Shown here one piece after another: positions 10,851 to 22,903 of a stretch of DNA of 64,000 bases. Position 1 is the stretch's first letter. Each line of letters opens with the position of its first letter. The notes under the pieces are model-generated. The model made no database searches. It was not told the origin of the DNA and was given only the letters and a program-made list of their open reading frames with translations. Source of the DNA: Diplonema japonicum (taxonomy: Eukaryota; Protista; Euglenozoa: Diplonemea); assembly GCA_964019335.1 (NCBI GenBank), contig OZ025655.1, positions 434,001 to 498,000 on the forward strand, in the 5' to 3' direction. The position numbers and the translations under genes were made by a program.

Positions 10851-11198
10851 AAGTGTATGGGAATAGAACAGAGAAGAACTATATTTTACAAAAAAAAAAA
10901 AGAGAGAAAAAAAAACAGAGGGACCAAGGGCCGTGTCCCTTCGTGTTATGACAGGGGGGAGAATTGTGTTAGAAACAACTCACCGAAGACGAAAACTAGA
11001 AGAAGAAGAAGAATAGGCAAGTTACTGTTTTTCTGTGTTCAAAGTTTGTATTGGAAGAACGTATTGCAGATGTTCATGACGAACAAGCAGCAAACTGCAC
11101 GAACATCCCTGTAAATTAAATCTCTTATAAATTGGTTTTCTTTTTTTTTTTGTTTGGCATTTTCGTTATTGCACAACGAAATTCTTGCTCCGCCTCGC

Positions 11199-12821
11199 TT
11201 AAGGGGCTGTGGGAAGCACAACAGTGTCCCAGAAATCGCAGTACCGCTGCCGGAGGTGCTGCTGAGGTTGGGTGGTGAACCCGAGGGACAAGCTTGTGTC
11301 GTTTTGAAGTGAATACGGAGGCCAGAACGTGAGGTTCTGTGTCCGTGCATTGACATCGGAGTACTCAGCCAGCCCATGGTAGTAAGTAACAAACTCTGTT
11401 GCAAGGCGTTTCCCCTGCGGCGTCTTCACCCAAGAGGTATCGTTAAACACCAAAGGAAGCTCCCCTCCATGAGGCGACACCCCTACAAGCTTGGGATCCA
11501 CCCCTGACGACACCGCCAAGAACGTGCTGTACGAAGGTGGTGCAAGCTCTAGAAAGTACAAGAACACCTTTGCTCCATGCTTGGATTTAATTATGTTCCT
11601 AGCGGTGCGTCGTGCTGGGCAGGTGAACTGGCTGTCTGTCCATACTTCACTCGCTGCTTTCCAGCATCCCAAGTCACCCCCCATGCATGGGTATAAAGAT
11701 AGTATATTCTGTAGTTTGCTGGCAGGGAAGAACCCGCACTCAGTGATCCACTCCTCGTACTGCTTCAGGGTGCGTATGTATGGCCATCTCTCGTTGATGA
11801 GCAGCCTGCCTTCGTTTTTATTTGTCCCCAGCAGAACGGATCGGATCTCTTTGTTAAAATGCCCCGCCGCAGCAAGCCGTTCTGGGGTGTTGTGCAGCAC
11901 AACTCCGTCCACAACAGGGCCCCACAACCCTCCAGACGTGGCCTCCCAGCTCGCCTTCATGATATCATGGAACGACAACGAGCGTAAGCATGATAGATCG
12001 TCGCATCTTGCACCTTCAAGAACAGACCTGTACACGGCGTCAGGGTTGACTTGGATGGTAGCGTTGTCGTAGCTGCCTGATTCTAAACCAGCGTTATGGA
12101 AGAGCCCCCGTGAGGAGTTCATGACCAGTAGTGCTCCCACACATGAAGCTCCCGACGACTCTCCAAACACTGTCACTTTCTCGGGATCGCCTCCGAAATG
12201 CCCCGCGTTGAGCTTCACCCACTTCAGAACCAATAGCTGGTCTTGAATACCGAAGTTCCCCGAGCTCCCGTCCGGTGTTGACTTTGCCACCCGCTTGCCT
12301 CCTAAGAACCCAAACACTCCAATGCGGTAGTTGAACGTGACGAGAACAGCGCCCGTGAGGTCAGCCGTGCCGATGGTGGAGCCTTGGTAGAGGGGGTTGG
12401 TCGGCCAGTCGTTACCAGAGCCGCTTCCTGCTGTGAAGGAGCCGCCGTGAATGAAAACGAAAACAGGCCGGAGAGGAGGTGTGGTGGTTGACATCTCCTG
12501 TATCGGAGCCCAAACATTGAGGTAGAGGCAGTCCTCGCTCTGCTCGCCAGGGAAGAAGGAAGAGAAGTCGGGTTTCTGCGGACAGTCGGGTGGAAAGAGC
12601 AGTGTGTCCATCACCCCATCCCAACCCTCCCTGGGAACAGGCGGTGCCCATCGCAGATCTCCAATCGGCGGTTTTCCATATGGCACACCGAGCCACTTGG
12701 CCAAACCCCGTTGGGCGTCGTACTTCCCTTTAATCCGCCCGCCTTGTATTTGCACCACTACTTTGTCGTCATCCACCTGGAACTGCGCCACCAGTGACGC
12801 CACTAGCAACGTGGGTAACAT
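11199..12821 (-). CDS. Secreted type-B carboxylesterase (cholinesterase-like alpha/beta hydrolase)
   Basis: Signal peptide, WLGVPYGKPP.GDLRW, SEDCLYLNVW, HGGSF oxyanion hole, GESSG nucleophile, GTNKNEG (Glu), HGGEL (His). Confidence 0.95.
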   Translation of the reverse strand: MLPTLLVASLVAQFQVDDDKVVVQIQGGRIKGKYDAQRGLAKWLGVPYGKPPIGDLRWAPPVPREGWDGVMDTLLFPPDCPQKPDFSSFFPGEQSEDCLYLNVWAPIQEMSTTTPPLRPVFVFIHGGSFTAGSGSGNDWPTNPLYQGSTIGTADLTGAVLVTFNYRIGVFGFLGGKRVAKSTPDGSSGNFGIQDQLLVLKWVKLNAGHFGGDPEKVTVFGESSGASCVGALLVMNSSRGLFHNAGLESGSYDNATIQVNPDAVYRSVLEGARCDDLSCLRSLSFHDIMKASWEATSGGLWGPVVDGVVLHNTPERLAAAGHFNKEIRSVLLGTNKNEGRLLINERWPYIRTLKQYEEWITECGFFPASKLQNILSLYPCMGGDLGCWKAASEVWTDSQFTCPARRTARNIIKSKHGAKVFLYFLELAPPSYSTFLAVSSGVDPKLVGVSPHGGELPLVFNDTSWVKTPQGKRLATEFVTYYHGLAEYSDVNARTQNLTFWPPYSLQNDTSLSLGFTTQPQQHLRQRYCDFWDTVVLPTAP

Positions 12822-13046
12822 GTAACCTTTAAGTATCAAAAGATAATTATGTTACTAAACGTGTTTTAAAGAAAAGGTTAAAGTTAGGAGGAAAGGGTGT
12901 CATGGCTGCCACCTACTCACCTGCACTTCATTACGTTGCGAGATACACAGATATTTCAGAAGACAAAAGGTAAACCGAGGGGTTAGTGCTCGGCTTCTAC
13001 GTTAGGATGCATCTTTGTCATCCGATCATGACATCTGAGTTTTCTT

Positions 13047-13316
13047 TTATCTTAGCGCCATTGAGCTCCAGTCGTCAGGAACAATCAGTTTTTGGAGGCG
13101 TTCTGCCACTGTGAATACAGACCCTTCGGACAACGGAAGGGAAGCGAGGGGCGTAGATCCAGAGACAACTACACTCTCGAAGACAAGGTCGACATTTGAC
13201 TCTTGGAAGTCGGCATCTGCACAGAGCACCACTTTAAGAGAGTCTACAGTGTCCTTCTCTTTGGTATCGTACACGCGCTCTTCGCCTGAAGGCAGCTTCA
13301 CTGTAACAGTGGCCAT
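13047..13316 (-). CDS. Small ubiquitin-like domain protein (89 aa), no di-Gly; possibly a truncated relic
   Basis: TVTVKLPSGE...DTVDSLKVVL...VDLVFES...TPLASLPLSEGSVFTV is a beta-grasp pattern. ATG preceded by an A-run like neighbouring genes. Confidence 0.6.
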   Translation of the reverse strand: MATVTVKLPSGEERVYDTKEKDTVDSLKVVLCADADFQESNVDLVFESVVVSGSTPLASLPLSEGSVFTVAERLQKLIVPDDWSSMALR

Positions 13317-13498
13317 GTTTTTTTTTTTTTTTTTGTGGAACTGAAATTTTCTTTTGAAAATGGGTGATGAAAAAAAATTAGTTGTTATGAAAGAGATGAA
13401 CGATCCCCCCCGTTCAAAAAAGAACAAAGACACACTTTATCCCCAATGATGAACCAGGTGCCACACTTTTTTTCCCCCTCTTCTTCTTCTTTTCGTTA

Positions 13499-16400
13499 CT
13501 ACAGCACTTTGTTCCTAATCTCCTCCAGCCTTTTCGATACTTCTGCGGGTCGTCGGTTCAGCTCATTAGCGATCTGCAGCTGGGTGGAGAGCGGGAGTAA
13601 GTCGAATTGCTCAACGAAGTCACCATCGGTGATTGCCTTCTGCGGTGAATAGTAGGAACGGAAGGCGAGGTGATCCCTCCCACAGAGAGGGGGGAGCTCC
13701 TGCCGGATGTGCATTTCAAGCAGCTTCACCATTTCAGCATCGTGCCTTTGAAAGAATTTGGTTTACTTTTTTGTGTAAATACCTGTTAGTTATGGGTACA
13801 CAACACCCAATTGTACCATCGATGGTGGTGTAAAGGATGACTTCAACGCCACCGGTGGTGAGGGTTGTTCTGTTTTGTTGGGTTTGAAGAACGAATTTTT
13901 ACTTTTTTTTCTTTTGCATACTTTTGCATGCTGGTGATCCCGCAGCCAACAAAGAAAGAAGCAACGACCTGCGTCCTCTGTGGCGCCCCGTTCAGGAAGC
14001 CACGGTCCCACATCCACTTCGTGGACCCCTTGGCACAGTTGGGGTCGTTCTCAATCTCATCCGAGGTGTACTCATCCAGCCTCACAACGGTGAGGTTCCC
14101 CATTTTGTCGCCGATGGCAATGGTGCTGTGGTCCAGGGCCACCACAGCCGTCGTCCAGCGAGGTTGGGTGTCCTCTGCGAATACCGACAACTGGTTCTCA
14201 AGCTTCTTGTACTTCAAACAGTGCACCGAGGACGTCACGTCCCCCACGAAGATCCTCTCCCCGTGCGATGTGATGCTCACCACCATGTTAGGAACCTGCT
14301 TGTTCTCGCACTTCCTCAACAGCTTCACCCTACCCAAGTCATATATCATAACCTTCTCATTCAATCCCACCAACAACCGCCCCTGTGGTTTTTTTTTTTT
14401 TAACCCACCCCTTTTTTCTTTTCAAACTCCCCATACCTGGAACGGGTGGAGCGCCTTCGGTATCCCATCAACCATGGTCTTATGCACCAAATCCAGCTGC
14501 GTTCCCATCTGCTTGAACTTGAATGTAAGAAGCAACCCAGACGTGTAGCACTTTGGGTTCGGAATCAAATCCTTCACTGTCCCCACCACAAGGTGCACCT
14601 CGCCGCCCGTGTCGTGGAACACACACGTTGTCAGCGAGAAGGCTGCTTGGTTCTCCTCGAGCTCAATGAGGTCAAGAGTCTTCTTCGTGTTCGGGTCCCA
14701 TATCCGGAGGTACGACGACCACTTCCCTTGCGGTGCCTTGACTGTCCCGTAGTCCCTGTGGTGTTTTGCAACGTGGAGGGGCTTCAATAACATACTTTTC
14801 CGGCAAGTTTGCGTCATCAGGCAGCTCCTCACCCTCGTCAGCGAGAGATGCACGCATGTTAGCTTTAATACCCTGTTGTGTTGTTTTCTTTGTTGTTCTT
14901 GCAGCACATACCTCTTTTTCTTCATCAGTGTAAGCACGGTGCTCGGTTTCTATGATAACAAAGTAGGGATAGTGGGGGTGCTTCACGAAGGCACGGGGAG
15001 TAGCTTTGAGCTGGACGGCTGTCTGGTTGAAGCAGTCGCCGAGCCTGTCGAGGGAGTAGATGATCATGCTGTTGCCAGAGACAGCAACAACGCCCTCGGG
15101 GCACTGCTCCGAGGAGAACGCGGAAGCGTGGGTGAAAGGCGTGCACGATAAAGGGTTGAGGTTGTGCTTACCCTGGAAGTGATAAGCAAGCCATGATCTG
15201 GAGCTCAGGACCATGACAGCGTCCTTCCCGGCGGCCTTCGTTGTCGCCAACTTGCACGGTCGTGTCCCGCAGAACTTCGTCCGTGCGTCAGTGATCTCAC
15301 CTGACACGCGGTCCAGCATCGATCTAATCAGGATGCCGTTCTTGCACCCAATGAACATGCACAGCGACTCTTCCCTGTCGGAGGCCTCTGTGTTCACGTT
15401 CACGATCCTGATATCCTCTGCCTCGCTGTTAATAGCCTGCCTCGCTGCCACGTTCAGGCAGTCATCTGGGTCCAACGTCACCACATGCACCTTGCGGTCT
15501 GCGTACCCGACAGCTAGGAATCTGCTTCGTATCCTCCCTTCCGGGATGGGCCCCAGCCCCAGGCAGCTGACCTCGTTCTCGAAGCTCTTCGTGCTGACTT
15601 CATTCAGCGAACCGTACTCACTGAGCTCGAAGTAGATGAGCTCGCCGCCCTCCAACGCAATGACCACCTGCCGTTCGTTCGCGGTCGCCTTCTCGATTTT
15701 CCTTGTACCGGGTGTTTGCCACTGGTTGATCTTGCTTCCGTTGATGTGAAGGATGCCGCTGTCGATGATTTGCAACAGCGAGTCGTCCTTCATCGTTTGG
15801 CAGACAAGCGTTGCGGTGCTCATTTTGAAGCCGCTGTCCGTCACCTCCTGCACTGTCTCACCGATCGACAGCACGATCGTCGCGTTCACAAAGCTAACAA
15901 CAATATAGTCGTGGTACTGACTGGCAGCAGACCTCTTGATGGTCCACACTCTCTCAGGCGTGGCAGGCAGATTCGATGATGCCAGCTCGTTGAGACTCAA
16001 CCCGTGCTGCAGGACACGCAGTGACGACTGCGGTCCCCTCCCGCATAGCGCATACAACCTCTTGCCCTCGATGTCATCAACTGAGTCTCCCACTTTCACA
16101 TCGATCAACGGCGATAGGCTCTCCACCTCATCGATGAGGAGGAGGTTCTTCAGCTTCCTCGGTGCGAACAACGGGAAGATCTCCTTGCTGTCCTCCCCCG
16201 TGGGCGCAATGGTCATAGCACCAATGAGACACCCGTCATCGTTGTCGCCGATGCCCTGGAACTGGTACAGCTTGTGGTTTCCGAACTCGGACGCCACGTA
16301 AAGGTACCCAGGCTTGATAATGTGGAGCCCCGTGGCCACGGGGACGGTGTCGAAGTATTTGATATGTATTTGAGTGACCATGCGCTTGTCGGGGGTCACG

Positions 16401-17338
16401 TCAAAGGTCACTTTGTAGAGGTCGCCGTACTCAGATTGGAGGAGTGCGAAGTACACGTTGCGCTGCTTGCGGACAGTGCCCGCGACAATCATTAGGCCGC
16501 TGGTGGGGAGCATGTGCTGACGGCGGGGGATGACCTCTTTAAGGGTCTCGTGGTTGCTGTTCATGTAGAGGAGGTAATTATCAATGCAAACAAGGACACC
16601 GCCAGGGCCGTCGTCGCCGCCGGGGATAGGGATGAGAAGGTTGGCGGAGTCGGGGAGGGGGGAGTCGGACCACGGGCACTTTCTGATAACGTGGTTGAGG
16701 CCAAGATCGAGCTCGTAGAAGACAAGGTGCTTCTCTGTAGTCTCGGAGGGGTCTTCGTCTGCCTCTGCATGGTCGACCTCAATGGCGGCGAAGACAGGGT
16801 TGTCGTAGCCAACGTCAAGACCCACGATGTTGTAGGTGATGTTACCCGACTTATGTGCTTCTAAGGGTGACGAGATGGTGATCCTGGCCTCGTTGTCGCG
16901 GTCCAGAACATACACGAATTTTTGTTTTTCAATCGCGCCGACCATGATGCTCCGTCCCCGCGGGTCGGCAGCAAGATATTGCCCCGGAACTGACCGACGA
17001 AGGCCGGTTTTGCCGAAGGTTTCCTGATGAACCTTTTCCCATGACCCTTTTTTCACGTTAAACTCCAAGATGACAACTCTCCCGCTGTCGCTGGTGACGA
17101 TGAGATAATCCCGTGCAGCCCCATGCAGTCTAAACGGCACGATGTTCCTCACCAACCCAAACGAGTGCTGCATCGCCACGCTCTGGATGTGCCCAGTCTC
17201 ATCCACCCTCAGCAGTTCAATGTACTGCCCCCTGCTCACCACTATCTCCTGCTGCTTCGCCACTGTAAAGCTCCCCTGGCAGCTGCACGTCACCCCTCCC
17301 CCCTTCTCCAGTGTCATGTTATATAGATGAAGCGCCAT
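13499..17338 (-). CDS. SF3B3: Splicing factor 3B subunit 3 (SAP130/Rse1); 5 short introns
   Basis: MALHLYNMTL, VHQETFGKTGLRRSVPGQYLAADPRGR, ISSPLEAHK, YELDLGLNHV, C-terminal PPLCGRDHLAFRSYY. ORF pieces join by GT-AG introns at ~14873-14911, ~14756-14795, 14383-14436, ~13870-13921 and ~13746-13782. Confidence 0.97.
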
Positions 17339-17660
17339 TCTACCCTCCCCCCCCTTTTTTTTACTTTTTCTGTATTGTCATACATTTGAGGTGAATGAGG
17401 GACAAAGAACAAAAAAAAGTCCAAAAAAAAAAAGAATGGTAAAAAAGAGGGTACAGGGAAGAAAAAAAATAAAACAATGAAAGAAAATGGAAAATAAACA
17501 AGGGTGGCGGTGGCAGGGAGGAGAGAGAATATGAGAAATATGATTTTACTGGGTCCCTCACTTTTTTCTTTTTCTTTCCTCCCAAGGTCTAATGTTACAA
17601 ACACGTCTAAATAAAAAAAAATAACCAAATACAGATTGCTGTTTTCTACCCTCTCCTCTC

Positions 17661-20600
17661 CTATCTATGTTCGACAAAATTCCAAGGGAAGGCACGCTGG
17701 TTGCCCACTTTGACTTTCACCTTACTGTTGTCGATGCTGTCGACGATGCCGTCCTTCCATTCTTCAGTGTTGTAGTCACGCACACGAACCTTGTCCCCAA
17801 CCACAAAGGCTTTTTTGATGAACTCCCATGTGAAGGCTCTGTTTTGACCTACTAGTTTCACTGTGGGTTTGCTGCCGTGTGCGGCCTCCACAGTGCCTTC
17901 CATCCACTCCTCAGCCGCGCTATCTTTTACGAAGACCTTATCGCCTGGCTTGTAGGAGGGTGCTGTGGTGGAGGAACTACTAGAACCGCCATCAACATCT
18001 TTTTTATAAAAGTTCCATGTGAACGACCTATCCGAACCTGTGACCTTCACCGTGGGCTTGCTCCCGGCAGCGCTAACAACCTGTCCCTTCTTCCAAGGAT
18101 CCTTCTCACTGTCCCTCACTAAGACCCTGTCGTCCACTTTGTACAGTCCTGTGTCTGCTGTGGGCTCCTTGGATGATGCCGCGCTCACTTTCAGCTCGTG
18201 TTCCACACATGCGTAGGTTGCTGTGCCCCCTGCCGTCTGCACTTGAGGCGTTACGCCCCCCTTTGTCACCGTTCCGCTTCTCCAGTCCTGCCACTCTTTC
18301 TCGCGAACTCTTACTTTGTCGCCCACCGCAAACTGCTTTTATTTATTTTTTTGGTGGTGAAAAAAAAATACCTCTGAGACTATACTCTCAATGAAGTTCC
18401 ATGTAAAGGACATGGACCCCCCGTCCACCTTCACAGTGGGCGGGTTCCCTGCCGACTGTACTGTTCCTGTCTTCCACTCCTCCTTCGCCGAGTCCTTCAC
18501 CTTAACCCTGTCTCCTACTTTGTATGCTTTTGACTTAGACGAGACGGGTGGTGGTGAACTGTCGTCTTCGACAAAGTTCCATGTAAATGCACGCACCTGT
18601 CCGTCACCCTTGATGAGCGGCTTGCCGGATGGGTTGATGGACTCCACCCCTCCGCGCTTCCAGTCGTCTTTTGCGTAGTCGCGGAACTTCACACGCTGGC
18701 CGACATAGAATTGCTGTGTGAGTGTGGATGCGGTAGCAAGAAACATACCGTTGAGCCACCGCTGCTGCTTGCTGCCTTTACTTCATTCACATCTTTCTTG
18801 ATACTGTTCCAACTGAAGGCCTTTGCGGCACCATCGACCCTGGCTGTGAGGACGCCTTGCACTGACTCTATACGGGCCTTTTTCCACTCTTCCGTTGAAG
18901 AGTCCCTCACCATCACACGTTCGCCAACCTTGAATTCCTGTGAAGGGAGAGCTAAAGGGTGAACTAACGCTGCATACCGACTCAGGGCTCTTTTCTACAA
19001 ATGTCCATCCCAAGGCCCGCACACCGCCGTCTGTCTTTACCAAAGGTTTTGTTCCTGAGAATGCCTCAACAGTACCTGTGGTGCTGGAATTGGGGGGAGT
19101 ATGCATACCAGATCGCCAATGATCGGTGGGAGTGTCCCTGACCCTGACCCTGTCGCCCACTGAGAAGCCCCCTGTGGAGTCACCGCTGTCTTGGTCGTTG
19201 CGTTGGTAGAAGTTCCACGTGAAGCCACGCGTTTGACCATTCACCTTGACAACAGGCTTCGAGCCACCCGCCTTCTCCACAACACCAAACTCCCAAGGTC
19301 TTGTTTCCGAATCACGCACCTTCACCTTATCGCCTACCACATATTCAGTAGGCTTGGAAACTGCCACAGGGGCTGCGGTGCTGGAGTCCTTCTCAACAAA
19401 GTTCCACGTGAAACCCCTCTGCTGACCATCTGTTCGGACGGTGGGCTTTTCCTTGTTCATGCTCTCGACGGTGCCTTTTCTCCACTCCTCACGTTCGGTG
19501 TCGCGCACCCGAACACGGTCGCCCACTGCAAACTTTGAAGAAGCAGATGAAGAAGCCGACGTGTCCTGCGGGAGTGCTTCTATGAAGTTCCATGTGAACG
19601 CTTTCTGCTGTTCGTCCACCCTGACTGTGACACGTTCGTCGGTGACAGTCTCGACAGTGCCCTTTCGCCAGTCTTCGCGTTCAGTGTCCCTGACACGCAC
19701 TCTATCGCTGACCTTAAAGCCATCGGAGGTTGCATCATCCAAGACGACGAAGTTCCATGTGAAGGCTCTCTCCTGGCCGTCTATGCGGACTGTGGTCTGC
19801 GAACCGCTCACTGTTTCTACTACGCCCTTCCTCCAATCTTCCCGGACGCTATCCCTTACCTTTACCCTCTTCCCGACAGTGAACATCCTCGAGCTTGACG
19901 CCGACCTGGCCATCCCTGGGCTCTCCTTCTCCATGAACTTCCATGTGAAAGCGTTCTTCGACCCAGTTGTCCTCACCATAACCGTCGAGCCGCTGATGCT
20001 GTCCACGACCCCCTTCTTCCATTCCTCCTTCTCGTTGTCGCGTACGATCACCGCGTCACCGACAGCGAACTGTGTGCAGTGTGTAATGTGTGTCAGGCAT
20101 ACCTGTACCTTCGACGGGGCCTTGCTGTCGTCCTTTTCCACGAAATTCCAAAGGAATTCTCGCATTTGGCCGTCTATACACACCATCGGCTTGTTGCCGT
20201 TCATGGACTGCACCACGCCACGGCGCCATTCTTCTCGTTCTGTGTCCCTAACGCGGACCCTGTCACTGACTCGGAACTGTTTTGTGTGCAAAAATGCCGA
20301 ATGACATACCTCTGTGGATGACTTTTCGCCATCGTCACGTTCCGAGAAGTTCCATGTGAAGGCGTGCTGTGCACCGTCGAGCCTGACTGATACTTTCCCG
20401 CCAGACACGGACTGCACTATCCCCGAACGCCATTCTTCATTGGGTCTGTCTTTGACACGTGCCCTGTCGCCTACCTGTAGGGGCTTCCCATCTGGAATGG
20501 TGTGGGTCCATGTAAAGGCGCGTTGCTGGCCGTCTACCTTCACTGTAGGCTTGCCGTTGTTGATAAACTCAACGGTACCCTTCCGCCAGCTTTCCTGGAG

Positions 20601-22703
20601 GGTGTCACGAACTTGTACTCTGTCGCCTACTGTAAAAGATGGCTGCTGCACGTCCTTCTCAATCATGTTCCAAGTAAAGGACTGCGACTGCCCATCTAAC
20701 TTCACAGAGACTCTGCTCCCGGATGTCGATGTTACAGTTCCTTTGCGCCACTCCTCACGTTCCGTGTCCCTGACGCGCACCCTCTCGCCTTCTACGTAGT
20801 CTGATTTGTTTTGTTTCTCCTTTTCCTTTTCCTTTTCCTTCTCCTTCTCCCTTTCTTTTTCCTTCTCGCGTTCCTTTTCCTTCTCGAGTTCACGTTCTTT
20901 GTCTTTTTCTCTTTCTCGTTCCTTTTCCCTTTCCTTCTCCCTTTCTCGTTCCCTTTCTCTATCCTGCTCTCTTTCCTTTTCTCTTTCCAACTCTCTGTTC
21001 TTTTCCTTCTCCTTTTCCCTCTCGCGCTCTCTATCCCGATCTCTCTCTTTTTCCTTCTCCTTTTCTCGTTCCCTGTCCTTCTCCCGCTCTCTGTCTCTTT
21101 CTCGTTCTCTGTCTCTTTCTCGTTCCCTGTCCTTCTCCCGTTCTCTGTCTCTTTCTCGTTCTCTGTCCTTCTCCCGCTCTCTGTCTCTTTCTTGTTCCCT
21201 GTTTCTCTCTCTGTCATTTTCTTCCCTCTCTTTGTCTCTTTCTCTTTCTCTATCCTTGTCGCTCATTCTTTCCTTTTCTCTCTGCTTCTCTCGATTTTCT
21301 TCCTCCTCTCTCTCCTTTTCTTTACTTGTTTTGTTGTAGTCGTCGGTCTTCTTGTCATAGTCTTCCTTTCTAACATAGTCCTCCTTCTTGTCGTAGCCCT
21401 TCTTCTCTTTTCTTTCTTGCTCTCTCCTTTTTTCGTCGTCTTGTTTAGCCATTTCCCTTTCTTTTTCCTCTTTGTCGGAGTAGCTACGTTTTCCATCGTC
21501 TTCCTCGTTCTCCGACCTTTTAGTTCTGTTACGCGACCGGGGGTAGTCATCATGAGGAGGCGGTGGCGATGGTGGGGACATGTGCTTGTAACGATCACGG
21601 CTCCTGCTCCGACGGGCGGACACTTGTCGAGTGTCAAGCGCACCGACGCCATACTTGTTATTGCAGAACTGGTCGACTGCGGAGAGGACCTTGTTGGTGT
21701 TGTGCGAGAGGTTCTTGATGAGGCCGATTTCCTGAGTGAAGAAATCCTGCTCATCCAATGAGTACTGCTCCATCCTCCCTAGCTTGAGGTCGCTATCCAC
21801 ATACTCTTCCACCAGCGACATCAACGTCGCCAGCTGCGCCATCACTTCGTACCTGAGGTACGTCCGCACAGAGTCGTTTGAAGTCCGCTTCCTCCGGGTA
21901 GGCGCCCGCAGCGACGAGTCCTCACTCGCTGTCACTGACTCGCCATCAGAGAGACGCGGCCTTCTCTTCTTTTTTTTCTTTGGCAGCACCCCCGACACAT
22001 GTGCCGTGTTGCTTAGCCTTTCAACACCGCTTGCGCTCGACCAACCCGACAGCGGTATCGACCTTGCACCGTTCTTACCCGAGACCTGGACAAATCTCCC
22101 ATTCTGATCACGAACGTACGTGGGTGTGCTTGCTCTCCGACCTCCGACGTCGGCACCATACGGGGTCTGCCCGACAAGTAGCCGCCCGCCTGTAGGGGGC
22201 GAGGCGAGACCAGGGGGGACTGAAGACTGTCCCAGACACGTGAGGCGCACATCGATGGTCATCGTGCCGATGCGGTTCCCAAGCACGTCCGACAGCGAGA
22301 AGACGCCTCTATTGATGCTGCATTTCAATGCCTCGTCGTTCTCACCCACCACAAGGGCGTGCGAGCCCAACACGGTTCTGTTTGCCTCATTGATCTCGTC
22401 GACAAGAAGGACATGAAGAGTCAGAGGGAGGCACGGTGCGAGGTCGTCTGGACGCACCTGGAACAGGCACGACTTCCCGCTCTCAAAACATATGCTCTTA
22501 AACTGCCCGTCTTGCGCATCAGTGCCTTTCCGGTGTCCCTCCCTGTTTGCCAAGTCAGGCCTTACAAACAATGTTGGGAAGTCCCATAGCCTGAACGCAA
22601 TGCAGGGGTTTGTGCTGGTCGGCACATTCCGCAACTCGCGCAGTCCATGTACATATACCTCCAAGCTGTAAAGCTGCTGCCCGGGGGAGCCTACAATCGC
22701 CAT
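17661..22703 (-). CDS. MAP10-N-like C2 domain + charged RE/KE/RD coiled region + 17 tandem Tudor/Agenet(SH3-fold)-like repeats; 6 introns
   Basis: N-terminal CIAFRLWDFPTLFV...FESGKSCLF resembles MAP10_N. Repeat consensus FxVGDRVRVRDxxxEEWRKGxVxxxxGxKPxVKxDGxxRAFTWNFVEK counted 17 times across four ORFs joined by 33, 33, 33, 40, 35 and 39-nt GT-AG introns. Confidence 0.8.
20806..21340 (-). repeat. Coding low-complexity purine repeat (GAGAAAGA-type) encoding (RE/KE/RD)n
   Basis: Visible pyrimidine-only tract on the plus strand, translated EREKDRERERD. Confidence 0.9.
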
Positions 22704-22903
22704 TTACATATCCTCCCCTGAATGGATTCAAAACAGAAAGGGGGGGGGGGGGGGGGGGAGAGAGAGAAAGAAAAACAGAAATGAAAGGGATGCACGGGAA
22801 TGAAAGCAGTCTATTGTTGAAAACCTATTTTTACTCTAAGGGAGGGACGAGAGAGAATAACAAAATAAAAGAACGGAAAACAAGAAGAAAACCCGCTGTT
22901 CTC

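Noticed and set aside
13499-17338. Fragmented SF3B3 (also BMS1, RPN1) as pseudogenes, frameshifts or an alternative genetic code
   Set aside because: Every break is bridged in frame by a short GT-AG intron under the standard code.
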